In this document: in pieces, positions 26,301 through 39,273 of the stretch | Layout of the letters: each line of letters begins with the position of its first letter | How positions within the stretch are numbered: the stretch's first letter is position 1 | Made by a program: the position numbers and the translations under genes | The notes under the pieces: generated by a model | Databases searched by the model: none | The model's input: only the letters and a program-made list of their open reading frames with translations | Told to the model about the DNA's origin: nothing | Assembly (NCBI GenBank): GCA_951406725.2 | Contig: OX597833.1 | Coordinates: 31,062,001 to 31,126,000 of the forward strand | DNA: 64,000 nt | Source: Octopus vulgaris | Lineage: Eukaryota | Direction: 5' to 3'

Positions 26301-27150
26301 TTTCCTGCAACAGGAATTTGATTGTATGCTCTGACTAAATCAATTTTTGAAAAAATAGTACAACCACTCAAAGAAGTTGCAAAATCCATAATTTGGGGTA
26401 TCGGATATTTATCTGCTTTTGTTTTCGCATTCAGTTGTCTGAAATCTCCACAAGGTCGCCAGTCTATAAGATTTTTATTTACCATAACTAATGGTGTTGA
26501 CCAGCTACTACTGGAAGGACGGATTATACCTAGATCCATCATATGCCGAAATTCTGCCTTAGCCACCTTCAATTTTTCCGGAGATAATCTTCTCGGCTTA
26601 GAAAAACTTGGTGGTCCTTCTGTGACGATGTGATGCTCTACCGAATGCACACACGTGGTATTTAGAGCTAACTGTTTCGTGATATTTGGATAATTCTTCA
26701 AAATCCTGTGATATCTATTTTCTGAGGACGCTATGAAATATAATGGACTAATTGCTGCTTTTCTGCATCTCATTCCTTGAATTTTTAATGAAGTTTCTGT
26801 GTCTATCAATTTTTGTTTGTTAACATCTACCATTAAATGATAGTGCGCCAAAAAATCCGCTCCTAATATTGGATATGGTAAATCTGCTACTATGAAGATC
26901 CATTTATACTCTCTTCTTAAATTTATATCTAGAGTTAAGCTAATCTCTCCAAATGTTTGGATTTCAGATTGATTCACTGCTTGAAGAGTCATATATACAG
27001 GTTTGGTTTTTTGTTTTAAAAGCTTTACAGCCAAATTGAACAAGCTGCTCCTGTATCAACTAAAAACCTTTCTTTCGAGTTTAAGTCATAGACGAAAAAT
27101 ACGCGACTTTTTATAATATTATCCACAGATTTCGTCGCATCCAATCGGTG
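23392..27150 (-). pseudogene. pol: Gypsy A pol: protease, RT, RNase H, integrase; several frameshifts, interrupted by a solo LTR
   Basis: FLVDTGA and ILGADFL (PR); [19 protein letters not shown] and YIDD (RT); VDASDVGIGG and RELLA (RH); HNLSHPG..C..C, HIDIVGP, TDRGRQF and GMVERFH (IN). Confidence 0.95.
23733..24327 (+). mobile_element. Solo LTR (595 bp) of an unrelated LTR family, nested in Gypsy A integrase
   Basis: TGTA...TACA termini. TSD cgta at 23729-23732 and 24328-24331. The uninterrupted homolog is at ~11655-11680. AATAAA at ~24185. Confidence 0.9.
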
Positions 27151-27981
27151 GTTTAGAAGTTTTCCGAATTTCCCTTTTTTTTTAGTAAGGAAATCAAATG
27201 CACAAGGTTTCATTTGAATGAATTGTCTCCAAATTTAGCGTGGTACCAACATATGGCGTTTCTTTTTAAACTAGGGCTCCTCGATCTCCTGCGCCATCTT
27301 GCATTTTTTTGTTGGGCCGAGCGACTGCTTCTTTCAAGTTGCAAACTCTCTATTTTTTTCGTTAATACGTCGAATTGTTTTTCATAACAATTTTTTAATT
27401 CCTGTATTTCATTCGAAATAGATGGAATTGCATTTATAGTTTCTTTGGACGATAATTCCAGAATACCGTCTGCTAAATCTGCCAACTGTTGAATGAAGTT
27501 TTGGTTTTTAACGGCCGAAAGCAACGTTTGAGTTTTATACGGCAGTTTATTGAAAAACGCTTCTTTGAGATACGATTCTTCTATCTGCTGATTTCCCAGA
27601 AGTTCATTCATCCTTCGCAGAAGTTGTGTGGGTTTTTTATAACCCAGCTCTTCATTGTTGAATAACTTCGCAAATTCTTTTTGCTTAGAATTTGATGTAC
27701 GCTTCAATATTTCATCCTTAATTGAAGAATAAGAAACTGGTTCTATAGGGTTCAGTAGCAAATCTCTAATTTCATTATTTAGGGGTGGAGGTAAATTGCT
27801 AAGCATTATGTTGTATTTCTGTTCTTCATTTGTAATTCTGTTAGCTTTAAAGCTTGCCTCCAGTTGCGCCAACCAAATTACGGTGTCTCCAGTCCACGGA
27901 GGACAATTCAATACATTCACAGAAGCTAGTGTAACTTCTATCGAAATATGACGTCTCGAATTCTTTTATTTCCTGCTCCAT
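27151..27981 (-). pseudogene. gag: Gypsy A gag (frameshifted)
   Basis: PPW...WLAQLEASF, EELGYKKPTQLLRRM, RRRSRSPS and CWYHAKFGDNSFK(x)KPC, a CHCC-type knuckle broken by a frameshift. Probable ATG at 27981. Confidence 0.85.
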
Positions 27982-28170
27982 TATATGTGTGAATATATAT
28001 ATTTTTTAATGTTTTGTTATTAAACTTTTAACAGCTCAAAATTTTTTGTATTGCGAGAAGGTGCAGCTAAAATTTTCTTCTAAGTTTTCTTCTTCAGCGT
28101 TCTTCTTGTGTCAACGTTTTATGCTTATTATTGGCTGCGTAGGGAATACGAATGGCTGCGTGTTTGAAAA

Positions 28171-28183
28171 CGGCGGGTCACCA
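28171..28183 (-). promoter_or_regulatory. Primer-binding site, tRNA-Trp-like
   Basis: tggtgacccg lies one base after the 5' LTR. The first 9 nt match the tRNA-Trp-type PBS TGGTGACCC. Confidence 0.75.
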
Positions 28184-28184
28184 G

Positions 28185-28970
28185 TGTAAGAAATACGACC
28201 GCACGTGGTCGCATTCTTAACGAATTAAGATAAGCCATAAATACAATACAGTGCCAAAAGAACATAGGTGAATGGACGACAAGCTTTACTGTTAGAGATA
28301 TAGATCTTATTTTATTTACAATCGTGTTAATGTTAGAAGTTTGTAAGTGTTAGTACGTGTGTGCGTATGCAACACGTGTTTGTGTCTGTGTGTTCGTGTG
28401 TGTGACAGATACAATCAGGGTGAATGCGTGTGGCGTAGAGTACAGAGCGTAGAGTTAATAATGGAAATTGGTTTACAGTTCGTATGGCGGCGATGGTAGA
28501 GACGACTTGAAGTTAGTACAATGATGGTGACGACGGCGGGGAAGATAGTAGATTTTCTGCGGTGCTGGATACATGCTGGCGTCGTCGCTGGTTGTAGCAG
28601 GAGCAATCGTCTGTCGCCGGGTTGAGTAGCTCTGTGGTCTGAATATAGTCCTTATAAGGACTAGAACCAAAGACGCAAGTATACTGAAAACACTCCCTTA
28701 TATACAGGTTAGGAGGCTCAAACGAGCCTAAGAAATGGGACCTTAACCAAAGGCCGTGATTGGTTGGCTTGGGACAGTGGCGCGAAATAAGTAGAGACAA
28801 ATCGCGTCACACGTCAACCAATCAGGTTAGTGGTTACAACAGGAACAACTCGGTCGAAGATGGCTGTAATCTCAAACGAGATCATTTCTGTGAGGATATC
28901 AGAGGATATCAGAGGATATCAGAGACCGCTACAGCCACATTTCAAAATGGCTGAAACTGCTACTGCTACA
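28185..28970 (-). repeat. 5' LTR of Gypsy A (786 bp)
   Basis: TG...CA termini, pairs with 19166-19950, carries three tandem gaggatatca units. Confidence 0.95.
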
Positions 28971-29517
28971 AAACAAACAATTAAAATATATACAAATAAA
29001 TGAGAACGTGTGATTTACAGTCAATTTCTTTATTAACAATGAGGTTGAGAAAAAGAATGGACGATACGAGGACAGACAAAACAAACATTGGGGTCAGGGT
29101 ATCGAATGAGACGAAACGTATGAATAAACAAACAATTAAAATATATACAATTAATTGAGAATGAATGATTTACAAAAAATGAAGCGGAGGACGCGGTCGA
29201 CTTGGCAAAGCAACAGGTAGGAAGAGAGAGAGAGAGAGGTGAAAACTTCGTTGTGGACTATCTGACACTGTCTGTCTGCCTCTCTCTCTAGGTATGTGTT
29301 TGTATATGTGTGTGCATATGTGTATATTTCTATTATATGACTGTGCGTGTTGCCGTTTTGAATTCCTTTCTGCGACTGACCTTAAACTGCTATTAAAGGC
29401 CCAACCACACACACGCCTTTGTTTTAACCTATTTCATATGCAGCCATACACCAAAAAACGTAGTGTTTTGCTCCAAAATTTAAATTTTGAATTTGTTTTC
29501 ATTATAAAATTACATCT

Positions 29518-30049
29518 GGATCTTTTCCTCTTGAACGGCACACGTCAACATAATTTCTAGTTAACTAAACACTTTTAAACTTCGTATAGTGGTAGAATGT
29601 GTTTATAAGACATCATTTTTTTCTTGGCTTTATTGAGAAAATTCTATAGTTTTTAAGATATTTCGTTTGAAATTTCGAGCATTTCGGCAATTTTAACCAA
29701 TCGCTGACATCCATTTGGAGTGAAAACATTCTGTGCTGTATGAATATATCTCTCGTTTAAGAAACAGATTGGGTTTATTTACATTTGCGAAGAAAAGAAA
29801 AAGATACCCTTCCCCCACCCCAACCCTAACCCTAAATCTAAAATAGATTGAAATGCAATAGATCGATACTAGGGTTATAATTATGGGTGACATTTTCATT
29901 TGACACCGCTAGAAAAAAATCCCATTGTCGTATGAAATTGTCATAATTATAACCCTAGTATCGATCTATTGCATTTCAATCTATTTTAGGGTTAGGTTTA
30001 GAGTTATGGTTAGGGTTAGGGGTGGGGGAAAGGTATCTTTTTTTCTTCG
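29518..30049 (-). mobile_element. GGATC-terminus MITE family copy with a terminal inverted duplication
   Basis: Reverse-complement homolog of 33070-33495. ~29786-29905 is repeated inverted at ~29926-30049. Confidence 0.7.
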
Positions 30050-30375
30050 TGGATCAACACCACTAAAACCAATACCATGGCTACGATATGTTAATGACAC
30101 CAAGTGCTGTTAGATCATGTGAACTCAATAAAGCCATCCATACAGTTCACAATGAGTTTGAATTCCTGGACGTATTAATCAGTTTGAATTCCTGGACGTA
30201 TTAATAACACGGACCAAGTATGGATTCAGGATATCCGTATACTGCAAGCCGACATTTACTGGATGATACCTCAACTTCAATTCCCACCATCTATACAGTG
30301 TAAAGAGAGGGATTGCTCAGTGCCTAAAACATCGTGCAAAAAATATAAGTAGCGATCGTGATACACACCACGAAG
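30050..30375 (+). pseudogene. Penelope-like RT fragment
   Basis: Translations KPIPWLRYVNDT, FLDVLI, VYCKPTFTG*YLNFNSHH and VKRGIAQCLKHRA. Confidence 0.75.
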
Positions 30376-30379
30376 AATA

Positions 30380-32772
30380 AAACAATATACAGCTGACTTG
30401 GCTCGGAGTTTGCATTTTTCCATTCCCAGATGCTCTTGGTGGATCTTGTCAAGGATCACTTTTTGCATTGATCTGGGTATGATTATTCGGAATCCAGCCA
30501 TCAGAACTCCCCATCTGGGTAGGGAGATAGAGTTCTTTATCTCTGCTGGTCTCCTCTTTGATTTGTTCCACCTTTGTATTTGCTATTTTTACAATGTGAT
30601 GGCCCTTTACATTGAGTCCTCCCATCTCCTGTTTATCATGCGATAATAGTCTGGAAAGAGCATCCGCCAATATCAGATGGAGCTACACCTTTGCAGTGTG
30701 GCTGGTGCTTTTGTGAAGCTGTTTTTCTGTCTATTTGTTCAAAAGGACAATGGTCTGACTCAATATTGAAATGTCAGCCATAGAGATATGTATGAAATTT
30801 TTCACAGCCAGAGACTACTGCCAGGAGTTCCCTTTCTATGTTTGCGTACCTTGTCTCTGTGGGTGAGAGAGCTTTCGAGGCAAAAGGTCTACCTCTTTGT
30901 ATCAATGCTGCGTCAACTCCTCTCAGTTAGTGTTAGTGTTTTGCGTCTGTCATAGTACTGCAAAGTTGTCTTCTTGCTGATGAGCTTTTTGATTGTGTTG
31001 AAATCCTGTGTGTGTGAAGCTCACCGATCAAACTCTGCGTCATCTTTCATTAGCTCTCGGAACACGGCGAGGTGGGTGGACAACTGGCTTGATGTTGGGG
31101 TCGACTATTATATGATACTGATACTTCTCAAAACACCCAACTGTATCATCAAAACATTCTGGGTACATGCTCATCAGTTCATCTTTATTTCTAATTGGTG
31201 GTCACTGTTAATTCTGCTCGGAGCTGCCTTCACTTCACTCTTGATTGACAATGTTGAGCTTTTGACAGGTATTAAGTCCGAGAATTGCGAGTCCTTCTGT
31301 TCTTGTGATATAAAAAGAGCACTTGATTTTTCTTCCTTTGTGTGTCCCTGTAATGGTTGTTTTACTCAGTGGTGCCTCCATCTGCAGTCAGGATTACAAC
31401 ACTTGGTGTGAGGATTCCTTCTTTGACTTTATCCTCTTATGTCATGTGTTCTGGGAATATCTTTTTGTAGAGGTTGACAGGCAAGATATCACTCTGGGCT
31501 CCAGTGTCAATCTTTAGGTTTAGGTCAATGTTTATTCGTTTCTTGCCTGACTCCTTTTGGGTTTGTATTATTGTGTATGCCTCATTTTTTTTTTTTTTTT
31601 TTGGTTGCTGTTTCCCATCTCATGTACATTTATTGTACCGACTGCCAAAAATTCCTCCTCTGAGGTGTTTTCTTCTTGTTGTTGGGCATGTACATCTCCT
31701 CGTCTTCTCTTTCCGCTCCTCTTTGAAAGCTAGGGCTTGTATTTGTGAGATTTTGTTAATCTACACATTTTTTCCCAGTGGTTGGGCTGTCCACATACAT
31801 TGCAATGTGTTCCGTATGCAGGATATTTCCTCCGGCCATTGACCTCATGCTCTGAACCATAGTACTGGCATGTTCTCTGCTTGTATGTATGTTTCATCCT
31901 TTGTCTAGATACAATATCTACACTACTGCCTATTGTGTTTGTTTGTAAAGTAAGTGAGGCCATTTGTTTGGTAGTGGCTTCAAATGCTCTTGCATTCTAC
32001 AGCTTCTATCAACTGGAGAGCGTCCTTATCTATGAGGGATTTTTGGACTTCTTTATGAGCACACCCCCGTATGAGTTGATCAACAATCCTTTCGTTCTTG
32101 TCTTTGAATCTGCATTTCTCGGCAACATTTTTTAGTCTGGACAGGAAGTTGTCAATTGTTTCTTGTGGGTCTTGTTTCAGGCCCTGGAATTCGTACCTAT
32201 GAATTCTGTGGTTTGATCTGGGCTCTAGGTATCTTTCACATTTCTCTAAAAGCGTGTCTGGATTACGACAATCCGATTCTGACATGTCGCAACTATTGAA
32301 TACGTCTAAGCCCTTCTCACCCGTCCATAAAAGGATGTAGCTTACTTTTCGTCGGCAGTTGTACCTTTCAGGAAGCTTTTGAAAGCAATTTGACTTTTCT
32401 GTTTCAATTTCTTGAACGCTTTCACATCATCAGCGTCCCAATTCATGGTCGGATGTAGATTCATCTGTACGGCGACGGGGTCGCTATTTTGGATTCTCGC
32501 ATATGTCCAAAGACGAAGCAATATTCAGTTTGTTAAATTCAGGTTTGTTGTGTTCCTGTTTTGTTGTAATGGCACGGTTTTCGATTAAGTATTTATCGCT
32601 GCCACCATGTTATATATTCTTTGCTTTGTGTTGGGACAATAAAACAACTCATAGAAAGCGTTATTATGATTCTACGTGTTTGTTTACTTGGCATATCTAC
32701 AACTGTATATGTATAGCGGAGTGATACACACTGTGCGTATTCGCTTTATTCACAGTTCACACAGTCTTAACA
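30380..32772 (-). mobile_element. Gypsy element D (Mag-like), degenerate, RT deleted, 3'-truncated
   Basis: PBS tggtggcagcg (tRNA-Leu-like, 32597-32607) next to a probable short LTR at 32608-32772. Gag double knuckle ...PAYGTHCNVCGQPNHWEKMC, protease KIDTGAQ, RNase H IERELLAV / ADALSR, integrase H..HLG..KC. Confidence 0.8.
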
Positions 32773-33069
32773 AAATAATACTTAATAGTACTTAACAAAA
32801 TAGCGCTTAACAAAATAGTACTAATAATGGGGATGTATTCAGATATACGTATACCTACACATACACATAGTCACGAACATATAACGATATATATGTCTGT
32901 GTATGTGTATATTTATATATATGTGTAAGTCTTCCCCCACCCTCGGGTCATTTGCACAAATTTTGGTTTTCAGGTTCGTTTACTACACATTTTATTACAC
33001 CTGTTACACTTGTTGTTTTTTCTTTGTTTTGGTGGCGGGGTGTTAAACTGGATATTAGCCCTATATCCG

Positions 33070-33495
33070 GATCTTTTCGGTTTGAACGGCAGTTTTTCTA
33101 GCGGTGTCATATGAAATTGTCACCCATAATTATGACCCTAGTATCGATCTATTGCATTTCAATCTGTTTTAGGGTTAGGCTTAGTTAGGGTTAGAGGTGG
33201 GGGAAGGGTATCTTTTTTTTTTTTTTTCAGAAATGTAAATAAACCCAATCTGTTTCTTAAACGAGCGACATATTCATACCGCACAGACTGTTTTCACCTC
33301 AATAGACGTCATTGATTGGTTGAAATTGCAGAAATTGAAGAAAAAATAACAAATATCATACAAACTATAGAATTTTCTCTATAAAGCCAAGAGAAAAAGA
33401 TGTTTTATAAACACATTCTACCGGTATACGAAGTTTAAAAGTGTTTAGTTACGTGGAAATTATTAAAAAAAACTGCCGTTCAAACCGAAAAGATC
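33070..33495 (+). mobile_element. MITE with ~27-bp TIRs and internal TTAGGG-like repeats
   Basis: gatcttttcggtttgaacggcagttttt ... aaaaactgccgttcaaaccgaaaagatc. No clear TSD. Confidence 0.8.
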
Positions 33496-33584
33496 GCTAT
33501 AATCCTCCCCACCCCCAAGAATACAAAAGCACAGGACATGTGTTTCTTCTGTGTTCCATTTGGAACATTATTATAGAGTGGTCA

Positions 33585-33840
33585 AAGGCGGGGAGTTAGC
33601 AGGAACACTAGAGAATCGCAGGAAAGATTTTAAGATATTTCTACTCTTTACGTTATAAGTTCAAATCTCGTTGAGGCCAACTTTATGTTTCATCCTTTCG
33701 ATGTCAATAAAATAAGTACCAACCAAAGTAGACGGTCTTGTATCTAAATCAGAAATCATTATGGTCCATTCAAATCCCACCGAGATCAACTTAGCTTTTC
33801 ATCCTTCCTGGGTCGATGAAATGAAATACTAGCTAAGCAG
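33585..33840 (+). mobile_element. Degenerate SINE family B fragments
   Basis: aaggcggggagttagcagga head and two gttcaaatc...aactt..tttcatcct motifs. Confidence 0.55.
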
Positions 33841-34829
33841 GTGACATCAGCAAGTATACACTCCTGCGCCCATGGCTGTTAGAAATATGTAATAGATCAG
33901 CCTGTTCACTTAACTATTCTCCTATACATGTACAAACATTTGGCTCGTAGTTGATCAACAACAATTAATATCGATTATATATGTGATCAGGTGACGAATG
34001 TTGTAGAGCAAGGTATAAATTTCAGCTGAGTTGAGTTCACAACTGTTTTCTGATAAAAAGATTTCATTCACATAATTTTTCTCCGTTAACACATTAGAAA
34101 ATAGAATGAATGTCGCACCTTTCTACTCACTCCACTGCTGCCCTCCATCTGATACCTTGTGATAACGAAATAAATTATTGGGATCTTTTCGCTTAAAAGA
34201 GGCAAGCCGATTTCCATTCTTTATAGTCCACACTCATCATGCAGTTAGTATCATTGGGAAATGCACGATCACTCATTCTCAGTATTTTCCTCTCCCTTTG
34301 CATTCGTGATATGTTGCCAGTGTTATGAAAATTATCATGCATAAATATGCTAAATAGATAGGGTTATCAAATATAGTCATCTACATTTAGTCACCTATGT
34401 GTATATACGTGTTTATGCATGGAGTCGTCTACAAATCAGTATGCAGATCTGTTTAATTTTCTTTTCTGTTTCTTACTCTCCATCTCGCAAACACGCAACC
34501 ATGCACTCCTACACATTAACGTGGACACTGGTTCACACAAAGTTGTGGTAGAAAATTTTTATATACTGATAGAATTTATTTACATTGTCTAAAAATACGT
34601 GGTTTGGTATGTTACTTGCTTGTTTAGAGAACAAAAATACGAGCAAATTTCAACTCACTCATTAATCTTATGTCAATACCAGTAATAAAATATGACGATG
34701 CTATCAATCGGACCTTTCTTAAGCAAGCTACAAATTAAAATACAATACATGCCTCATTCAAATAATGTCTTTTACAACTTAATGATAGATGGATAGATAT
34801 ATTAAATAGCTTGATGGTTAAATAGCCGA

Positions 34830-35365
<536 letters not shown>

Positions 35366-35476
35366 GCACAAACATTTCCAGTTGGGTCCATTCGTTTTCA
35401 ACATATTTTTAAAAATGTTTTTGTATATTTTTGAAGCTTTATCCATCAGTTATCTTTTTTGTATATATATTTTTTT

Positions 35477-35690
35477 TTACTTCGAGTAATTGAACTGTGG
35501 CCATGTTGGGGCACTGCCTTGAAAATTTTTCAGTGGAATGAATTGATCCAGTACTTATTTTTTAAAGTCTGGTACTTATTCTATCAGTGTCTTTCGCTGA
35601 ACCGCTAATTTATGGAGATGTAAACATACCAACACCGGTTGTCAAGCGGCGGGGTGGGGTGTCAGACACAAAGGCACTCATACAAGCCGA
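35477..35690 (-). mobile_element. SINE family A, 3' half
   Basis: tgtggccatgttggggcactgcc...ggtacttattctatc matches the reverse complement of the SINE A tail. Confidence 0.65.
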
Positions 35691-36132
35691 AAAGATACAT
35701 GCTCTGGGATGTATTTAGTTTGTGTCCATCTATCCATTCGTCCGTCCGTCCGTCCGTCCATCCATCCATCTATTTATGTTTCTTTTGTATGCAATCGTTT
35801 GCACAAATCCTTCTCTGTCTCTTTCTATTCGATATCTTTCGCTTGCATTATCTGACATTGTGTTTTTCTATTTGGCGCACACCCTTTTTCCTTTCATCTC
35901 TCCAGGTTTCTTTCTGACTCCCTCTACCCTCACCTCTTTTCTTCCTCATCTATTTATATTTCATCTCTCCCTCCCCTAAACGCCACTTCCCGCCTTACAC
36001 TACTAAGCCTCATCGTAACGTCCATCACCATTACGTCTAGTTTTATTTTATGAAATCTTTCTTTCTTTCTTTCCTCCCTTCCTATCTTTCTCACTGCCTT
36101 TCTTTCTTTCTTTCTGCTTTTCTTTCTTTATG

Positions 36133-36189
<57 letters not shown>

Positions 36190-36371
36190 CTTTCCTGTAA
36201 TCAATATATATATTTAAATCTCTTACAATTATATTCAATTTCTCATTTTATTTTTAATCTCCTGAACTAATCTTCTAAATTAAGCTAAGCTTTAAATATC
36301 GGTCGTCTTTTACTTAGCTTGCAAATACACCTTTTCCTATCAGAATGTTGTAAGACTTCCTACCTTATATA

Positions 36372-37434
36372 CGAAGGGGTACCCAAAAGTAACTGGAAAC
36401 GTTCTCAGTGGGACAAGCCCGTCGTAGTTCAGCCTTTCGCCGCTAGAAGCCACTTGATGTCATCCTCAGGCGTAAGTCTGCCGAGTGGCTATGTCCGATG
36501 CGATCACACTGTCACGTGGTGCCCCTTTGTTTTGCAGTGCTTCTCGCCTGTTCGTCGATTTTTGCGATGGCTGAACGAAGGAACAGTGTGCTTCTGTGAA
36601 ATTCTATTTTCTTCTGGGTAAAACGGTGGCTGAAACAGTTGTCATATTTCAAACAGTTTACAAGGCCGCTGCAATGAGCAAAACACAAGTTTGCGAGTGG
36701 TTTTCAGGTTTTAAGGATAGTCACTTGTCGCTTGAAGACCAACCTCGTTCAAGGCGACCGTCGACCTCCCGAACGAATGAAAATAGGAAAATTCATGGCC
36801 TGATCTTGGAGGACCGGCACCAAACAATTGATGAACTTGATATGACTGATGTGTCCTGGTGCTCCTGTCAACTTTTGGGTACCCCTTCGTATATAAGGTA
36901 GGAAGTCTTACAACATTCTGATAGGAAAAGGTGTATTTGCAAGCTAAGTAAAAGACGACCGATATTTAAAGCTTAGCTTAATTTAGAAGATTAGTTCAGG
37001 AGATTAAAAATAAAATGAGAATTTTGAGCGAGGAATCGAGAATGAAAAGGGTTGCAGCAAAATCTGTGCCTCGCTTGCTCTCGGAAGATCAAAAGCAGTC
37101 ACGACTGAAAGCATGTCGTGAACTGAGAGAACAGTTGGATGTTGATTCGAACCTTTTTGCGAAGATCATCACTGGTGACGAAAGCTGGTGCTACGGAATT
37201 TGTAGATGTGGAAGAATTGAAAAAAAAAAAAAAAAAGAAAGAAAAAACGACGGAGGCTTTAACAGACATCACTTTGCAAAAGTTCCAGCACTGCTTCGAA
37301 TAGTGGGAAACGCATCTGGACCGATGCATTGCTTCACATGGAGAATACTTTGAAGGCGATAAAAGTATAAACATATAAAACTAAATGAATAAAATAATAT
37401 TGCAAAATTCCAATTTCTTTTGGGTACTCCCTCG
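36372..37434 (+). mobile_element. Mariner transposon, internally deleted
   Basis: TA TSD at 36370-36371 and 37435-37436. TIRs cgaaggggtacccaaaag / cttttgggtactccctcg. Transposase pieces LEDQPRSRRP, KSVPRLL, IITGDESWCYG and C-terminal GEYFEGD. The rest of the D,D34D core is missing. Confidence 0.9.
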
Positions 37435-37450
37435 TACACACACGCACGTA

Positions 37451-37517
<67 letters not shown>

Positions 37518-37739
37518 CCATATATACATATTTCAATATGTGACCGCGTGTGTATCGTTGACGATTTTCTTTCTCCGTTTTCCCTTCCTTGGACTTTTCC
37601 ATTTTATTAATATATTTCTGACGAAGAGCTCCGCTTGAAACGTTAAATCCTCCTTTCTTTCCTTTCTAGCGCGTCCAATAACACTATACTTGTTCTACGT
37701 CCTCGCGTTGTTGTGTTTTCTCTTTGTTCATGTTTGGAT

Positions 37740-37801
<62 letters not shown>

Positions 37802-37812
37802 CGTGTGTGTGT

Positions 37813-38302
37813 CTTTTATCTTTTACTTGTTGCAGTCAAGCTGGGACATTACCTTGATGAAATTTTAGTCGAACGAATCGACACCAGAACTTAATTTCAT
37901 TTTTAAGTCTGCTCCTATTCTATCGGTCATTTTGCCAAGACGCTAAGTAAACACACCAACGCAGGTTGTCAAACAATGGTCGGAGACACGCACATGCGCG
38001 CACACACACACACACACGCACACATACACACACATACACCCATGCACATACACACACAAACACACACACACACAATCACATACACATACAGACACACACA
38101 CACATGCACACACAAACACATACAGACACAAATGCGACGGTCTTTCGGTTTCTGTATACTTAATCAACTCACAAGGCTTTGATTGGCCCAAGGTTATGTA
38201 GTAGATGACACTTGCCCATAGTACCATGCAGTGGAGAGGAGCTGAGCCTGGAACCATGTGATTAGGAAGCAAACTTCTTACCATACAGCCAAGTCTGAGC
38301 CT
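37813..38302 (-). mobile_element. SINE family A, degenerate, with expanded internal (CA)n
   Basis: Head and tail match 2165-2583. Confidence 0.7.
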
Positions 38303-38700
38303 ACATACATGCATACATACATACATACATACATACATACATACATACATACATACATACATACATACATACATACATACATACGTTGAAATCCGTCGGA
38401 AGGATAATCCCGAGGTCAAAGAAATGAAACCCCACAATATGGTAGAAGCCATAGCCACTCACAATAAAAAAGAATACTGGTGGAATGTCCCAGATAGAAT
38501 AAAGAGTAAAGCAGTAGAAGTACAGAATTGCGGACCAACCTCCATACCCTCTGGAAGAAGATGAGCTGTCTATATTCTTCTATCTACCGTTTTACTCTTT
38601 ATTCTTCTATCTACCGTTTTACTCTTTATTCTTCTATCTGCTATTTTATTCCTTTATAAACTGTAAATTCCCTGTCTACAACTTTCATACATACTCACCT

Positions 38701-38778
38701 TGTCTCTGATGGCAAAATACCCAATGAATGGAGATGCTAACCTATCACTTGGAATATCCCAGAAACAGCTGTAAGACA
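38701..38778 (+). ncRNA. Degenerate type I hammerhead-like motif in a Penelope-type terminal repeat relic
   Basis: tgtct-CTGATGg-(long stem II)-GAAA-cagctg-TA-agaca. The conserved core A9 is replaced by G. Confidence 0.45.
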
Positions 38779-39017
38779 TCCAATAATTAATTAATTGATT
38801 AACTTATTAATTAATTACCTGAAATTCAATTTACTCTAATTAAATATTGTAAATGACTTGAGACACTCGTCCTGCCTTGGTTTTTTGTTGTTTTTTTCCC
38901 CTCTAATATATACCTGCCAACTCAGAAGCCTACTACGGATCCCTTGCTCCAGCCTCAACTTGGAACCTGTACCTAAGCGCACCTATTCGTTTAGATCACC
39001 AGTGAACTAAACCCCTC

Positions 39018-39190
<173 letters not shown>

Positions 39191-39273
39191 AGTTATAGGT
39201 CACCGGCCATTAGGGTCTGACGAGACGTATGTAAAGCTAAGCGCTTTATGGACACCTAACCCTGGGTAACCCT

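Larger units (their letters stand above)
19166..28970 (-). mobile_element. Gypsy element A: full-length Ty3/Gypsy LTR retrotransposon, CsRN1-like clade, decayed, with nested insertions
   Basis: Paired LTRs. TSD aaac at 19162-19165 and 28971-28974, with the empty site visible in the next repeat unit (~29121-29140). PBS tggtgaccc (tRNA-Trp-like), PPT, Gag CHCC motif and PR-RT-RH-IN order. Confidence 0.95.

Noticed and set aside
37614-37648. Hammerhead-like ctgacga...gaaacgtta
   Set aside because: Core is present but stems I and III are marginal. At best a decayed Penelope-type motif, so not called.
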